DNA of 22,157 nucleotides from assembly GCF_006345805.1 (NCBI RefSeq), contig NW_021837014.1, positions 1 through 22,157 on the forward strand, read 5' to 3'. The notes beneath the pieces are model-generated. The model saw only the letters and a list, made by a program, of their open reading frames with translations. It had not been told where the DNA came from and made no database searches. Source of the DNA: Octopus sinensis (taxonomy: Eukaryota). Of the stretch, positions 10,200 through 21,362 are shown piece by piece. Made by a program: the position numbers and the translations under genes. Each line of letters starts with the position of its first letter. Position 1 is the stretch's first letter.

Positions 10200-10400
10200 A
10201 ACCATAAAATGATCGCAAATCATTGTTAAATGTACCTTGATTTCGTAAATTGCTCTGAGATTTCATGTGGCTTACGTAACCAGATTTGGACAGATGTTGG
10301 AAATGTTGGACACAAAGATTGCATTTCCAACGCTTAATATCTTCTGCTGCATCCATGGATACCTCCCCGTTTCTCAAAATAAGTTTGACTATGCAAGGGG
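10200..10400 (-). mobile_element. Probable 3' remnant of an RTE-clade LINE ORF2 with a C2H2-like zinc-finger motif
   Basis: The non-repetitive part of ORF 10198..10587 reads [10 protein letters not shown]...WKCNLC...[12 protein letters not shown], resembling the C-terminal CxxC...LSKAGYVNHxKSH motif recalled for RTE elements; motif at ~10258-10329. Confidence 0.5.
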
Positions 10401-10425
10401 TCTTTGCATGAATATACACATATAC

Positions 10426-10499
<74 letters not shown>

Positions 10500-10527
10500 A
10501 TATACGTATATGTGTATATTCATGCAA

Positions 10528-10559
<32 letters not shown>

Positions 10560-10878
10560 CATATATACGTATATGTGTGATATTCATGCAAATTCAAGCG
10601 ACTAGAAATGACCCTTGCATATATATATATACATATATAAATATTATATATATATATGTATATATATATATTATATATATATATATAATATATATAATAT
10701 ACAGATATATATATATATGTATATGTATATATATACATGCTATATACATATAATATATGCATTATATGTATGTACATATGTATTCAGACATGCATGCATT
10801 TTTTATAATATATATATATATATATACAACATACATATATATATATATACATATATAGAATATATATATATATATATA

Positions 10879-10940
<62 letters not shown>

Positions 10941-11130
10941 TATATAGATATATATATATACATATATTAATATATATATATATTATATATATATAAATTA
11001 TATATATATATATATATTATATATATAATATATTATACCATTATATATATATATATATATATATAGATATATATATATATATATATATATTATATACTAT
11101 ATACACATACATTTGTATATATATAAATTC
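10390..11130. repeat. Long interrupted (TA)n array whose left part is a fold-back (inverted plus tandem) duplication
   Basis: 28-bp unit 10403-10430 is perfectly inverted at 10501-10528 and again, with a 1-nt insertion, at 10564-10592. Outer arm 10390-10402 is inverted at 10610-10621. Confidence 0.92.
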
Positions 11131-11429
11131 ATGAGCTTGGGGTAATGACAAATTCACAGAAGGTTTTACACTGGTGACCTGAAAATAATATCTGAATGCG
11201 TTAAACTGGCACCTCACCCTAACCACATTGTTAAACATAATGACTGCTTCAGGGGTGAAGCAAGCACTACCCATCACGCTGTATGTAACATTCCCTTAAG
11301 GGTTAATTCTTGTACTGGAGGGACGTTGGGGTCGCCTTTCATCTCGGTTTGACGCCGCAGTTGTACAGAGGGCGACGGGTTTTAGTTTCCTTTTTCAAAC
11401 TCTGCGAACATATAACAGCAGCATATTAA

Positions 11430-11895
11430 TGACGATGGTGATCGTGCTGATGGTGATGATGCCAGAAATGTGAGTGGTGGTGGTAGTGATTATGGTTGTG
11501 GTGGTCGTGGCGATGGCGGTAGTGGTGGTGGTGGTGGTTTTAGTAATGATTGAGATGTTGTTTATGATGATGATGACGCCAATGGGGGTGATGCGGGGGT
11601 GATGTTGAGAGTGGCGATGATAGTGATGACGGTGATGACGGAGTTGATGATGGTGTTGATGGTGATAGCGACGCTGTTGCTGACGTTCGTGATGATGGTG
11701 TTGATGATGACGATCGTGATGAAGATGATGATGATGATAATGATAATGATGGGGTTGATGATGATAATGATGACAATGATGATGATGGGGTTAATGATGA
11801 TAATGACGATAATGATGATGATAATGATGATGATGATGATGATGATGACGATACAAACACGATGACGATCAATATGATGATGATGATGATGGTGG
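11430..11895. repeat. Degenerate (GAT/GGT)n array
   Basis: Direct reading; source of the poly-M and poly-S ORFs. Confidence 0.92.
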
Positions 11896-12019
11896 TTATG
11901 TCGACGATTATGTTAATTGTGTTAAGTAGGGAACATAAATTATGCGGGGGTGGGGGTGTTACCGTTTAACCAAACTGGAAAAGACAGCGTTCATGACCCT
12001 TAATATTTCCAGGGCCCGG

Positions 12020-12225
12020 TTATTGTTATCACCGTTACCACTGCCATCATTGTCGCCATCACCAACACCATTGTCATAAGCATTATCATTATCCTCATTA
12101 TCGTCCTCATTATCATCATCAACATTAAGACCAGCGACACCAACTCCATCATCAGCAGCAGCAGCAACAGCAGCAGCATCATTGTCATCGTCATCGTCAT
12201 CATCGTCGTTGTCGTGTTTTTATCA
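12020..12225. repeat. Degenerate (CAT/CAC/CAG)n array, opposite polarity to 11430-11895
   Basis: Direct reading. Confidence 0.88.
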
Positions 12226-12538
12226 TCTGTAGACATTCGAGTTTTCTGCCCAAGATGACAGAACAATGTTCCCTGAATTTCAAGAAAGAAAATCTCTAAC
12301 TTTTAAACATGCTACCACCATAACTGACCCTTGCCGAGGAATGGCGGCCAACAAGCTTCACGATACATCAACAGCGCATCCCGAATTCTATATCCACTAA
12401 ATGACGATTAACTTTCCTTATTCCTATACTTCTTCTTTAAGAAAGGCATGAACATCCAGCAACCTCATTCCTGCTCAGCGTCCTGTCTTCAAATTGCTTA
12501 TTGGAATAACTGTCCCACAATGAACTTTGTTTTGTGTA

Positions 12539-13079
12539 TTGGGTTGTCCGGAAAGTTCGTGCCGATTTTTAAAGGAAAGAAAAAGGTCAATAAATACTTG
12601 CCATATGAACCATTTTGTTGCACAATGCGTCTCCATCTTTCCTTTACTTGAAAATACCTCTTCCAGAATTGGGGGTGGTTCATTGCAAAGATTCATCAAG
12701 GTATCTTTTTACGTCATCCAAAGAATTGAAATTTTTACCATTAAGACTGTTCTGCAGAGACCTGACTAAGTGGAAATCCAAAGGAGCAACGTCTGGTGAA
12801 TGTGGAGGGTGGGGTAACACATCCCAGCCGAGCTGCAGCAATTTTTGTCTGGTTCCCAAAGCATCAAGTGCCGAAAATGAAATTTCACATCTTCCATTTT
12901 AAAGGGTTACAGAATTAACACAGGTTATAGGAACGTAAACATTTTCCCACGAAAAGATAGCTTAAACTGTTCTCTAAATAGAGGTGTAGTCAAATCCTAT
13001 TTTATGGGCTCAACTATGTTCTAAAATAAGTCGAAATGTAAGCTAATATAAATCGGCACGAACTTTCCGGACAGCCCAA
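12539..13079 (-). mobile_element. Complete non-autonomous mariner (DD34D-type) deletion derivative, 541 bp
   Basis: 30-bp TIRs (12539-12568 ttgggttgtccggaaagttcgtgccgattt; 13050-13079, 1 mismatch) and TA duplication (12537-12538, 13080-13081). Minus strand: ATG at 12897 gives MEDVKFHFRHLMLWE, joined out of frame to TRQKLLQLGWDVLPHPPHSPDVAPLDFHLVRSLQNSLNGKNFNSLDDVKRYLD, then PQFW...KERWRRIVQQNGSY. Confidence 0.96.
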
Positions 13080-14149
13080 TAGAAGACACCTCCGTTCTAG
13101 AAAATATCCCAGTGTTTTCTCAGCCTCTTAAAGTCAATCATGCATTTCATCATTTCGTGGCCAGCAAAACAGAAAACTTCCCCAATCAATTGATAAAAAT
13201 CGATGATATCGATTAGCACATGTCCCCATATTTCTGATTGTTTCTCTCTTGATTTTTTGGTAAGTAGCTGTATCCTCTGCATTACGAAAACTCTGCAATT
13301 CTGAAAAGCTCATTTTAACGTGGTAATCTGTAACTTGAAAACTGCTTTTCTATTGATTTCACTTTACATAAAAGTCAATGTACACTCCGCGTTACGGAAT
13401 TCGACTGGGGAACAGAATTCTTAGGAACGCAAAGTTTTCGCAAAGCAGTCGAAGTAAAGGGATGTCTATATTTCGGCATTTCAGTTCTTATGTTAACAGA
13501 ACAGTTGATAACCTAGAAGGCACATCAGCTCTAGAAATTGTCCCAGGGATATCTCTTTTAAATTTTAGTCGAATTATCACCACGTTCTTTAGTACATGTC
13601 TGCTAATTCTAAATTCTTAACTCCGGTTCCATTTTCTACCACGTTTTCGTTATCTTTAAATAATCATTAAATAAATTTGCTGCATTCTGCTATCTCTTTT
13701 AACAGATTTTTTTACGAAATAAATCGTTTCAATTTTAATCAAAAGCCGGAGAAAGTAATTTCAAAATGACAAGAAAAACAAAACAACGTCAGAGGAGAAA
13801 GGAATGTTTTCAAATGAAGCAAAAATTAGTGTGTATTTAAGGGGTATTTTCGGGGTATCAGCTTTCGGAACATATATCTCAAGTGTCAGTTTATCAGAAT
13901 TTACCATTTTTTTTGCTAATGGTAACTCCAAGGTTATTTTAGTGCACGACTGCAAAAGCAATCAATTACATGTATATTTATGTATGTGTGTATGTATGTG
14001 AATATGTGTATTTGTTTGTGTGTGTATGTGTGTGGTTCTGCTAGTGAACGAGTGCTTGTGTTTGTGTGTGTTTGAGAGAGAGACTGTATGTTACTGTGAA
14101 TATACATACGTATGGATGTGTGTAAGTGTACGTACACACAATTATAATT

Positions 14150-14185
14150 ATTGTTATTGTTGTTATCATCATTTTCAGTACCACA

Positions 14186-14260
<75 letters not shown>

Positions 14261-14280
14261 CAGCAGCAGCAGCAGCATTC
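14150..14280. repeat. (TAT)n microsatellite followed by (CAG)n
   Basis: Direct reading. Confidence 0.96.
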
Positions 14281-14511
14281 TAATGATTGTTATATGCATA
14301 CACATACGCACGAATATATATATATGTGTATGTGTGGCTGTATATAATTTTGGATATGTATGTATACATATATGTACGTACGTACGTATGTTTGCATGTA
14401 TGTATGCGTATATACATACATACAAGCAATGTTGCTTTATTTTCACGTCTAAAACCCTTGTATGTATTTATACAAACGTTTTAGGCGGGGAGATAATATG
14501 CATGTATGTAT

Positions 14512-14553
<42 letters not shown>

Positions 14554-14883
14554 GTATGTATGTATGTATGTATGTATGTAGTATGTATGTATGTATGCAT
14601 CATGAACATACGCATATACATGGACATACCAACACACGCAATACATTTTAATTGTGAGGTCGAGACGATGTAGATGAAGTGTGATAGGAAAGAATTAACA
14701 GAGAGCTCCAAATAATCCCACAATTATATAAGAAATTAAAAAAACATACAATTATTTTAAAGTATATCATAGACATATATCTACCATGTGTGGATTACAC
14801 ATCTCAGGAGTTTAAATATGGAAGGATCGCTGTCGACGTCGAGTATTCCAAGTCCATTTATTCAATTGGGAACACTTGAATGA

Positions 14884-15030
14884 GGATTGTGTGGCTGAGA
14901 AGTTAAACGCTCGCTTTGTAATCACTTGGGTTCCAGTTCAGAGAAAGAGAGAGAGAGAGAGAAAGATAGAGAGAGAGAGATTCAGTTGAATTAGGTACTT
15001 AGGCTGAGGCACCAAGTAAGTCCGTTTCTA
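14884..15030 (+). mobile_element. Highly degenerate SINE head interrupted by a (GA)n tract
   Basis: gtggctgagaagttaaacgctcgctttgtaatcacttgggttccagttca (A/B-box-like) and downstream ggcaccaagtaagtccgtttcta resemble the head seen at 7593-7731. Confidence 0.35.
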
Positions 15031-15182
15031 TCCGCACAGCTCGAAGTAAGGTGAATAAGAAGCCAATAAGTACAAGGATGTCAAACAATTAGTGCCTTAC
15101 GGCCGTTTCAAGCATTGTTCGATTAAATGGAGCTGCGTAAAACGGCCGTAATCGACTGATACCCGGCTACCTTTTACTTTTG

Positions 15183-15184
<2 letters not shown>

Positions 15185-15225
<41 letters not shown>

Positions 15226-15325
15226 GGTCCCGGGTTGATTCGGGGTTAACACAGTAAATATATATATATATATGTTGTGTGTGTACATATGTATGTGTGG
15301 AAATATATATATATATATATGTATG

Positions 15326-15370
<45 letters not shown>

Positions 15371-15500
15371 TGTATATATTATGTGTATATACATGTATAA
15401 TGTATGTAGTATATATATATGTATTATATATAGTATGTGTGTTGTGTGTGTGTATGTATATACATGTATATATATTCAGTATGTATGTTATATGTGTGTT
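15185..15500. repeat. Compound (TA)n/(TG)n block
   Basis: Direct reading. Confidence 0.93.
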
Positions 15501-15573
15501 TGTCCTTTCCATCGCTTGACAACCACACAAGCCGTGTTGCTTTGGTTATCTCCCCGTCTAATACTTTTGCAGA
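15494..15573 (+). mobile_element. SINE internal fragment
   Basis: gtgtgtttgtcctttccatcgcttgacaacc...tatctccccgtc matches the segment seen at 8101-8170. Confidence 0.55.
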
Positions 15574-16543
15574 GTTAATTTAATGAGTGACACAAATAAA
15601 AGATAAAAGGCAAGAAGGTTAATGATTGAACAAACGCATAATTGAACAAACGCATAACACGTGTACCCTTAACGTAACCCTTAAACAGGATTAGTTTCGA
15701 TCCATGGGACGGTAGGAAGATTGGTTGGACGGGGCCAACGGTGACAAATGGTGAAGAGATGAGTGGATGGTGGGTTCTAGAAAGGCCATTGTGGTAATTA
15801 CAGAAAAGATCGAGAGGAGACAGGGCTTCCTGTAAGCCAAAGGCTGGAGCTTGCTCTTTACTGATAGAACACCAGTTAGCCCTGTAACCCTTCTCTGGAT
15901 GCAACCCAGGATGTGTGTTTGTGTGTGTGTGTAACAGCAGTACCATCGCTCTAATTGTGGAAGAATTACTCCATTCTGGGTTTCATTTACACTTTATAGA
16001 GTGTTCAGCAGCCGTTGGCGTGGGGCGAGAATTATCTCCTGGAAATATCTTCTGAAATATCATCACTCTCATGTTTTGTTGTCTTTAGTAACATTTATCT
16101 GCTTCCTGGGTCGAGATAACTTTTTGAATTAAATATCATAAGAATTTCAGAGTTCAAACTGTTTTTAAGATGCAAAACATTTCTATTTGTCAGCGCGAAT
16201 CAATTATTTCGCTCTCTTGCGATTCGTGTCAGTGATCGCAGCCGACGGTCTCCCATCGTGTGTTTTGTCTTCAACGCTAGTTTCGTCTTCTTTAAACTTA
16301 TTCACTTATTTTTGCATATTGCCCTTATCTATGGTGTGATCTCACATGCCGCATAGTTCCTTTACGCTAAAAAGTCGATGTCAACCCGTCGTTTCTGCTT
16401 GGAGCTCATTATTTTGCAGCCGTAAAGATGAACAAGATGAATTTCTCACCCAGCATGGGCAATTTCAATGACCTGCATGGCTTAAGGAAAGAATTCGAAG
16501 AATTATGTCCATTTTTGCATTTCTTTCGGTAGAAAACTACTCT

Positions 16544-16582
<39 letters not shown>

Positions 16583-17579
16583 ATATATATATATATATAT
16601 ATATATGTATGCATATACATACATATAGATATGTATACATATATCAATATATATATATAAAAATAACAGAATGAGATAAAAATCCAAGGCTGTGAAAGAT
16701 TTCCGGGATATTTTATATATCCCTTCATCGGAGACGGTGTGAGAAAATGGTTAAGGAATAGTTATTCTAGATAAGATATGAAATAGAGAGTGAAGTGGGG
16801 GAATGAAAGCAGACATGAGATATGCAGGGATATTGTATCTGCAGTTCCATTATTTAAGCAGAATGGTATACATGCATATAAGATTCCTGTATCATACACA
16901 TATATATTTATAGTATGCATACTGATATATGTCCATATACATATACACACACACATTCATGCATATATATATATATATATATATATAAGAACACACACAT
17001 ACACGCACATGTACACTCATGTAGATAAGTTTTGTATATAACCGCTATGGATATATATGACGAAATCTTATGTGAATTGAGCAGAGCGACCCTACCGCTC
17101 CTTTTGTTAATGTTCAGAAGTTACAAACCATCTAATTCCATCCTGCCCCACACCCTCACTTCTCCAACAATCACACACTAAGTTCTGTTCATTGTGATAT
17201 GAATTAGACACAATTTGCTTCCTTGTTGATTTTTATCCTAGCTTTTTCGCTTCGCTTTCAAGTTTGAAGTACAGACAGTCGTTGACCTAACCGCGTAGAA
17301 TTTGCCATAACCGCAACGTTGGCGGTGTGGGGGTTTGTAATTAAAGATTTAACAATCTGGATAGACAAATGAAGAATGTTTTACATCAGTGCTTCTCAAA
17401 ATTTGTTGGCCATCGCCTCACATTTCTCTTATTAACACTCTTTAAACGCCCACTTGCACATTTATTAATGTACATACACATAATATCAGGGCAAAGGAAT
17501 TTAGTTCTTGGCATCGTGTTGTGGTGGGTGACGATTAACCACAGATGCGCCCTACTATAAGTGAATGCTATGAGGACAG

Positions 17580-17589
17580 ATAGTGTATG

Positions 17590-17623
<34 letters not shown>

Positions 17624-17692
17624 TGTATGTATGTATGTATGTATGTATGTATGTATGTATCTATCTATCTCTCTCTCTATATATATATAATA
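17580..17692. repeat. Compound (TATG)n-(TCTA)n-(TC)n-(TA)n microsatellite
   Basis: Direct reading. Confidence 0.95.
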
Positions 17693-17694
17693 TA

Positions 17695-18014
17695 AAATTT
17701 TGCATTATGTAGCTTGTTATTCTCTTTAACTGAACATTTTTCTTGTTGAAATACACCGAAAACTGGCGTCACAGCAGTCAAAAAATCGTAAAACGTAGGG
17801 ATTTTCATAGAAAAACAAACACCGTTTTGATGTAAATAATTTTTGGCCTTAACAAGGTTTGATTTGAATTTTTTCTTCTACGGAAGGAAGAGCAAGCCTT
17901 TTTCTATCTCAATTTTGGTCAACTTGCGCCGCAGGGTCTCGGAGGAGATAGTGTTAGTTGAAGGCTACCAAACCTGCCATAACACAGACAACTTCAGCTT
18001 TATATATAGAGAGA
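17695..18014 (-). mobile_element. Probable 5' fragment of a non-autonomous Helitron-like element
   Basis: Minus strand begins A|TCTCTCTATATATAAAGCTGAAGTTGTCTGTG. A 5'-TC after A and a TATA..AAAGCTGAAG..TGTCTGT start are typical of invertebrate non-autonomous Helitrons. I recall the body as a common octopus repeat. No 3' hairpin/CTAG end found. Confidence 0.45.
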
Positions 18015-18043
18015 TTTATTTAGTTATTTATTTCATAATACTT

Positions 18044-18170
18044 TCAGGCATAGTATATCTAGGCTTACATTATCCAATTGGGTATTTCCTTTTATAATTT
18101 TTTTTTTTTAAGACGATAAAATGTGCTTTCAGGGTAACTTTGCTGGTATTTCTAGAAGGCCAACAGGGTA
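18044..18170 (-). mobile_element. SINE 3' region fragment (same family as 9551-9597 and 21006-21076)
   Basis: Minus strand reads ctagaaataccagcaaagttaccctgaaagcacattttatcgtcttaaaaaaaa...ttggataatgtaagcctagatatactatgcctg, matching a recalled octopus SINE segment. Confidence 0.6.
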
Positions 18171-18239
18171 TCTGAATGTCAATATCTTTTTCTTTTATGT
18201 CAATATCTCTGCATCAGTCTGTCGATCATACACTGAAAT

Positions 18240-18503
18240 ATGTGTACGTGTGTGTATTCGTGTGTGTACGTGTGTGTGTGAGTATGTGTTTGTATGTGTT
18301 TATGTGTGTGTGTTTGTGTATGTGCGCGCACTCGTGTGCACGTATGTTTATGTGCATGTACCTGTGTACATATCTATTTCTCTCTCTCTCGCGCTCTCTC
18401 TCTCTCTCTCTCTCTCCATGCATAAATATATATATTTAAGTGAATATAATATATATATATATACACATATATATATACATATAATTTATATATATATTAT
18501 GTG

Positions 18504-18581
<78 letters not shown>

Positions 18582-18624
18582 ACACTTTATATACAGGTAG
18601 GTTAATAGATAGATTAGATAGATC

Positions 18625-18699
<75 letters not shown>

Positions 18700-18957
18700 T
18701 ACAAGTCCCTCCTGCATAGTCGGGGAAAGCAACCGAGATGGTCCCCACACTATATTTGAATTCTCACAGGAAAGGTCAACTTCACAGCGGCGGGTCTTGG
18801 TGGTAACATTTATGGAGATTTTGACGCCCATAAGATATGTGTGCGAGCGTACGTATATAGGAGTGTGTGGATATAAATATATATACATGTGTATAGATAG
18901 ATAGGTAGAGATGGATATATATGTATGCATACATATATATATATATATGTATATGTA

Positions 18958-19000
<43 letters not shown>

Positions 19001-19230
19001 GTGTGTGTATATATGTATATATATATCCATACATACATACACACACACATATATTCATATATGTATACGTGTATATGTAATATATACATATATGTATATA
19101 TATGAATATTTTATATACTTATATTTATCTATGTGTTTGTGTGTTACATATGTACGTGTGTGTGGGTGCGCGTGTTTGTCTGTGTGTTGCATGTATATAT
19201 ATATATATATATATATATAGTATTATATAT
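18240..19230. repeat. Compound microsatellite block: (TG)n, (CT)n, (TA)n, long (GATA)n at ~18605-18698, then further (TA/TG)n
   Basis: Direct reading; a short unique island lies at ~18699-18835. Confidence 0.93.
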
Positions 19231-19232
19231 CT

Positions 19233-19690
19233 TATATATGAAAGAAGGTTTGAAAATGCAATTTTAAAGATGTTTATTCATTTGACCGATTTCACATTTT
19301 TAGAAAAAGATTGTCAAAAGTAAAATGTAAAATGTTTGTAAAAACTTTTTTCTGTTAAGTACTGGTTGTCACAAAATATTACAATACATATATACATTCT
19401 TTGATAATAATAATAAGAAAAATGTTAAAACAGTTTACAAGAAAAAATCTTGAGAAAATATTAAAAAGTTCCTTGAAAATATATACATTCTTTGATAATA
19501 ATAAGAAAATTGTTCAAAGAATGTATATATTTTCAATGAACTTTTATATGTATTGTAATATTTAACACAGAAAAGTTTTTACAAAGCTTTTACATTTTAC
19601 TTTTGACAATCTTTTTCTAAAAAAGTGAAACCGGTCAAGTGAATAAACACACCTTTTGAAATTGCATTTTCAAACTTTCTCTCATATATA
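19233..19690. mobile_element. Fold-back/MITE-like element with ~125-bp or longer terminal inverted arms and a nested internal hairpin
   Basis: 19233-19358 is the reverse complement of 19561-19690 at high identity (tatatatga.agaa.gtttgaaaatgcaattt...gaaaaagattgtcaaaagtaaaatgtaaaa...). Inner hairpin 19464-19495/19514-19545 matches at 31/32. Ends lie in TATA. Confidence 0.85.
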
Positions 19691-20129
19691 TTTCCACTCG
19701 TGCGGTATCTTACAACTTCACTTTGTTAAAGTGTGTGTGTGTGTGGTGTGTGTGTGTGTATGTGTGTCTGTGTATGTATGAATGTATGCATATATATATA
19801 TAGAGAGAGAGAGATAGATAGATAGATAGATAGATAGATACATACATACATACATACATACATACATACATACATACATACATACATACATACATAGATG
19901 TGTATATGCTCGCGCATCGAATGCTCTTCAGCGTTTTTCTACCTAACTTGCGTGTGCGCGTATGTGTGTGTGTAGAGAAAGAGGGAGAGAGTGAGAGAAA
20001 GTGACAGACAGAGAGAGAGAGAGTGTGTGTGAGATTCAAATAACTATATACACGCATATATAGACATATATTCATCCATCCATGTATACTTTCATAAAGG
20101 CAAACAATCAGATCTGCAGGCATACATAT

Positions 20130-20579
20130 CTATATCTATCTTTCAAGCCATAGATACACGCACACTCACACACACTTACATTCATATGCTCACACACACA
20201 GACACAGAGAAACCCACACACCGACATACATACATGTATAAACACATACATACGTATATACAGACACACTTACTTACATACATACACACTATATATATAC
20301 ATATAGACATACACACAACCCTACTTACATGCATATGCACACACACAAATATATACATGCATGCAAGCATACATACGCACACAAATACATACATAGATGC
20401 ATACATATATACGCACACACACAAATACATAGATGCATACATACATACATACAGACATACACACACACCTACTTATATACATACATACATAGGCACGCGC
20501 ACAAATACATACATGCGTGCATCCTACATGAATACACACACAAATACATACATACATACAGACATATATACACACCTAC

Positions 20580-20610
<31 letters not shown>

Positions 20611-20680
20611 CATACATAGGCACGCGCACAAATACATGCGTACATACATACACACACAGATACACACACACACACTTCCC
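20130..20680. repeat. Degenerate (CATA/CA)n array with higher-order ~127-bp duplication
   Basis: aggcacgcgcacaaatacat at 20491 and 20618; cctactta motif recurs at ~20319, ~20468 and ~20576. Confidence 0.88.
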
Positions 20681-21005
20681 AAAAATTTAGCAGGATTCCT
20701 CGCCAACGAAGCCTTCTTGTTTTTTCTCCTTTTTACTTATACTTCCGCCACAGATCAAAAGATAACAGCTTCAGACGTATTTGAAAGCTGATGCAAGATG
20801 ACAGGGTGAAATTATCTGATCTTTTTGTCAACAACACGTCTCTCTTATGTAGCATAATATTTTCACGTCAACAAGCCGTACATAGTTCCCGTAGGGCTTT
20901 CATAGATCAGCGTAATAAGGAGCGGGAGCATAGCATCACTGACTTGTGTTTGTTTGTTAGTTGTTTGTATTGACCTGAAACACTTCAATGATTTTTTATA
21001 GAATC

Positions 21006-21076
21006 TTGTTGTTGGTTAACCCCGAGTCATCCGTGATCCAGTAGACCTACGATGAGAAACATTCCATCCGTGGCCT
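21006..21076 (-). mobile_element. Extreme 3' end of a SINE with a (CAA)n tail
   Basis: ttgttgttggttaaccccgagtcatccgtgatccagtagacctacgatgagaaacattccatccgtggcc follows the recalled octopus repeat TTGTTGTTTAGCCCCAGGTCAGCCCTGATCGAGCAGACCTATGATCAAAGGCATTCCAGCCATGACC. Confidence 0.55.
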
Positions 21077-21362
21077 CACATTTATAAAACAAAAAGAAAG
21101 AGAGAGAGAAAGTGAGTGAGAGAGAGAGGGGGTACAAAGACAGACAGACAGCATGATGGATTAGAGTTATTCCTATTTTAAGATCTGTTATATCTTTCAC
21201 TACGATTAGATCAGTCCGATACCCGATCGTCATCAGGTGTTTTATCGTTGAGCATAAGGTTCTGGATCAGAGATAGTAATTATTTAAGCCTCTTGGGGCG
21301 TGTATATACATATATTTATTCCGAGATATATACATAATCACATTGTATGTATATGTATATAT

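Noticed and set aside
13082-13970. ~900-bp unique stretch with short ORFs, a GTAAGT donor (~13260) and an acceptor (~13705)
   Set aside because: No recognisable peptide or repeat motif and no consistent exon frame could be built.
15097-15151. 12-bp inverted repeat ttacggccgttt / aaacggccgtaa
   Set aside because: The 8-bp core is itself a palindrome and pairing does not extend; too short to call an element.
17387-17425. cagtgcttctcaaa, resembling a hAT/Charlie terminal repeat
   Set aside because: No matching opposite TIR or 8-bp TSD found in the window.
19380-19510. Direct repeats with spacers superficially like a CRISPR array
   Set aside because: Only two AT-rich copies inside a fold-back element in eukaryotic DNA; no cas genes.
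4261-20791. Dozens of YIYI/HTHT/CVCV/ERER ORFs, including the 201-aa ORF 20186..20791
   Set aside because: Stop-free readings of di- and tetranucleotide microsatellites.
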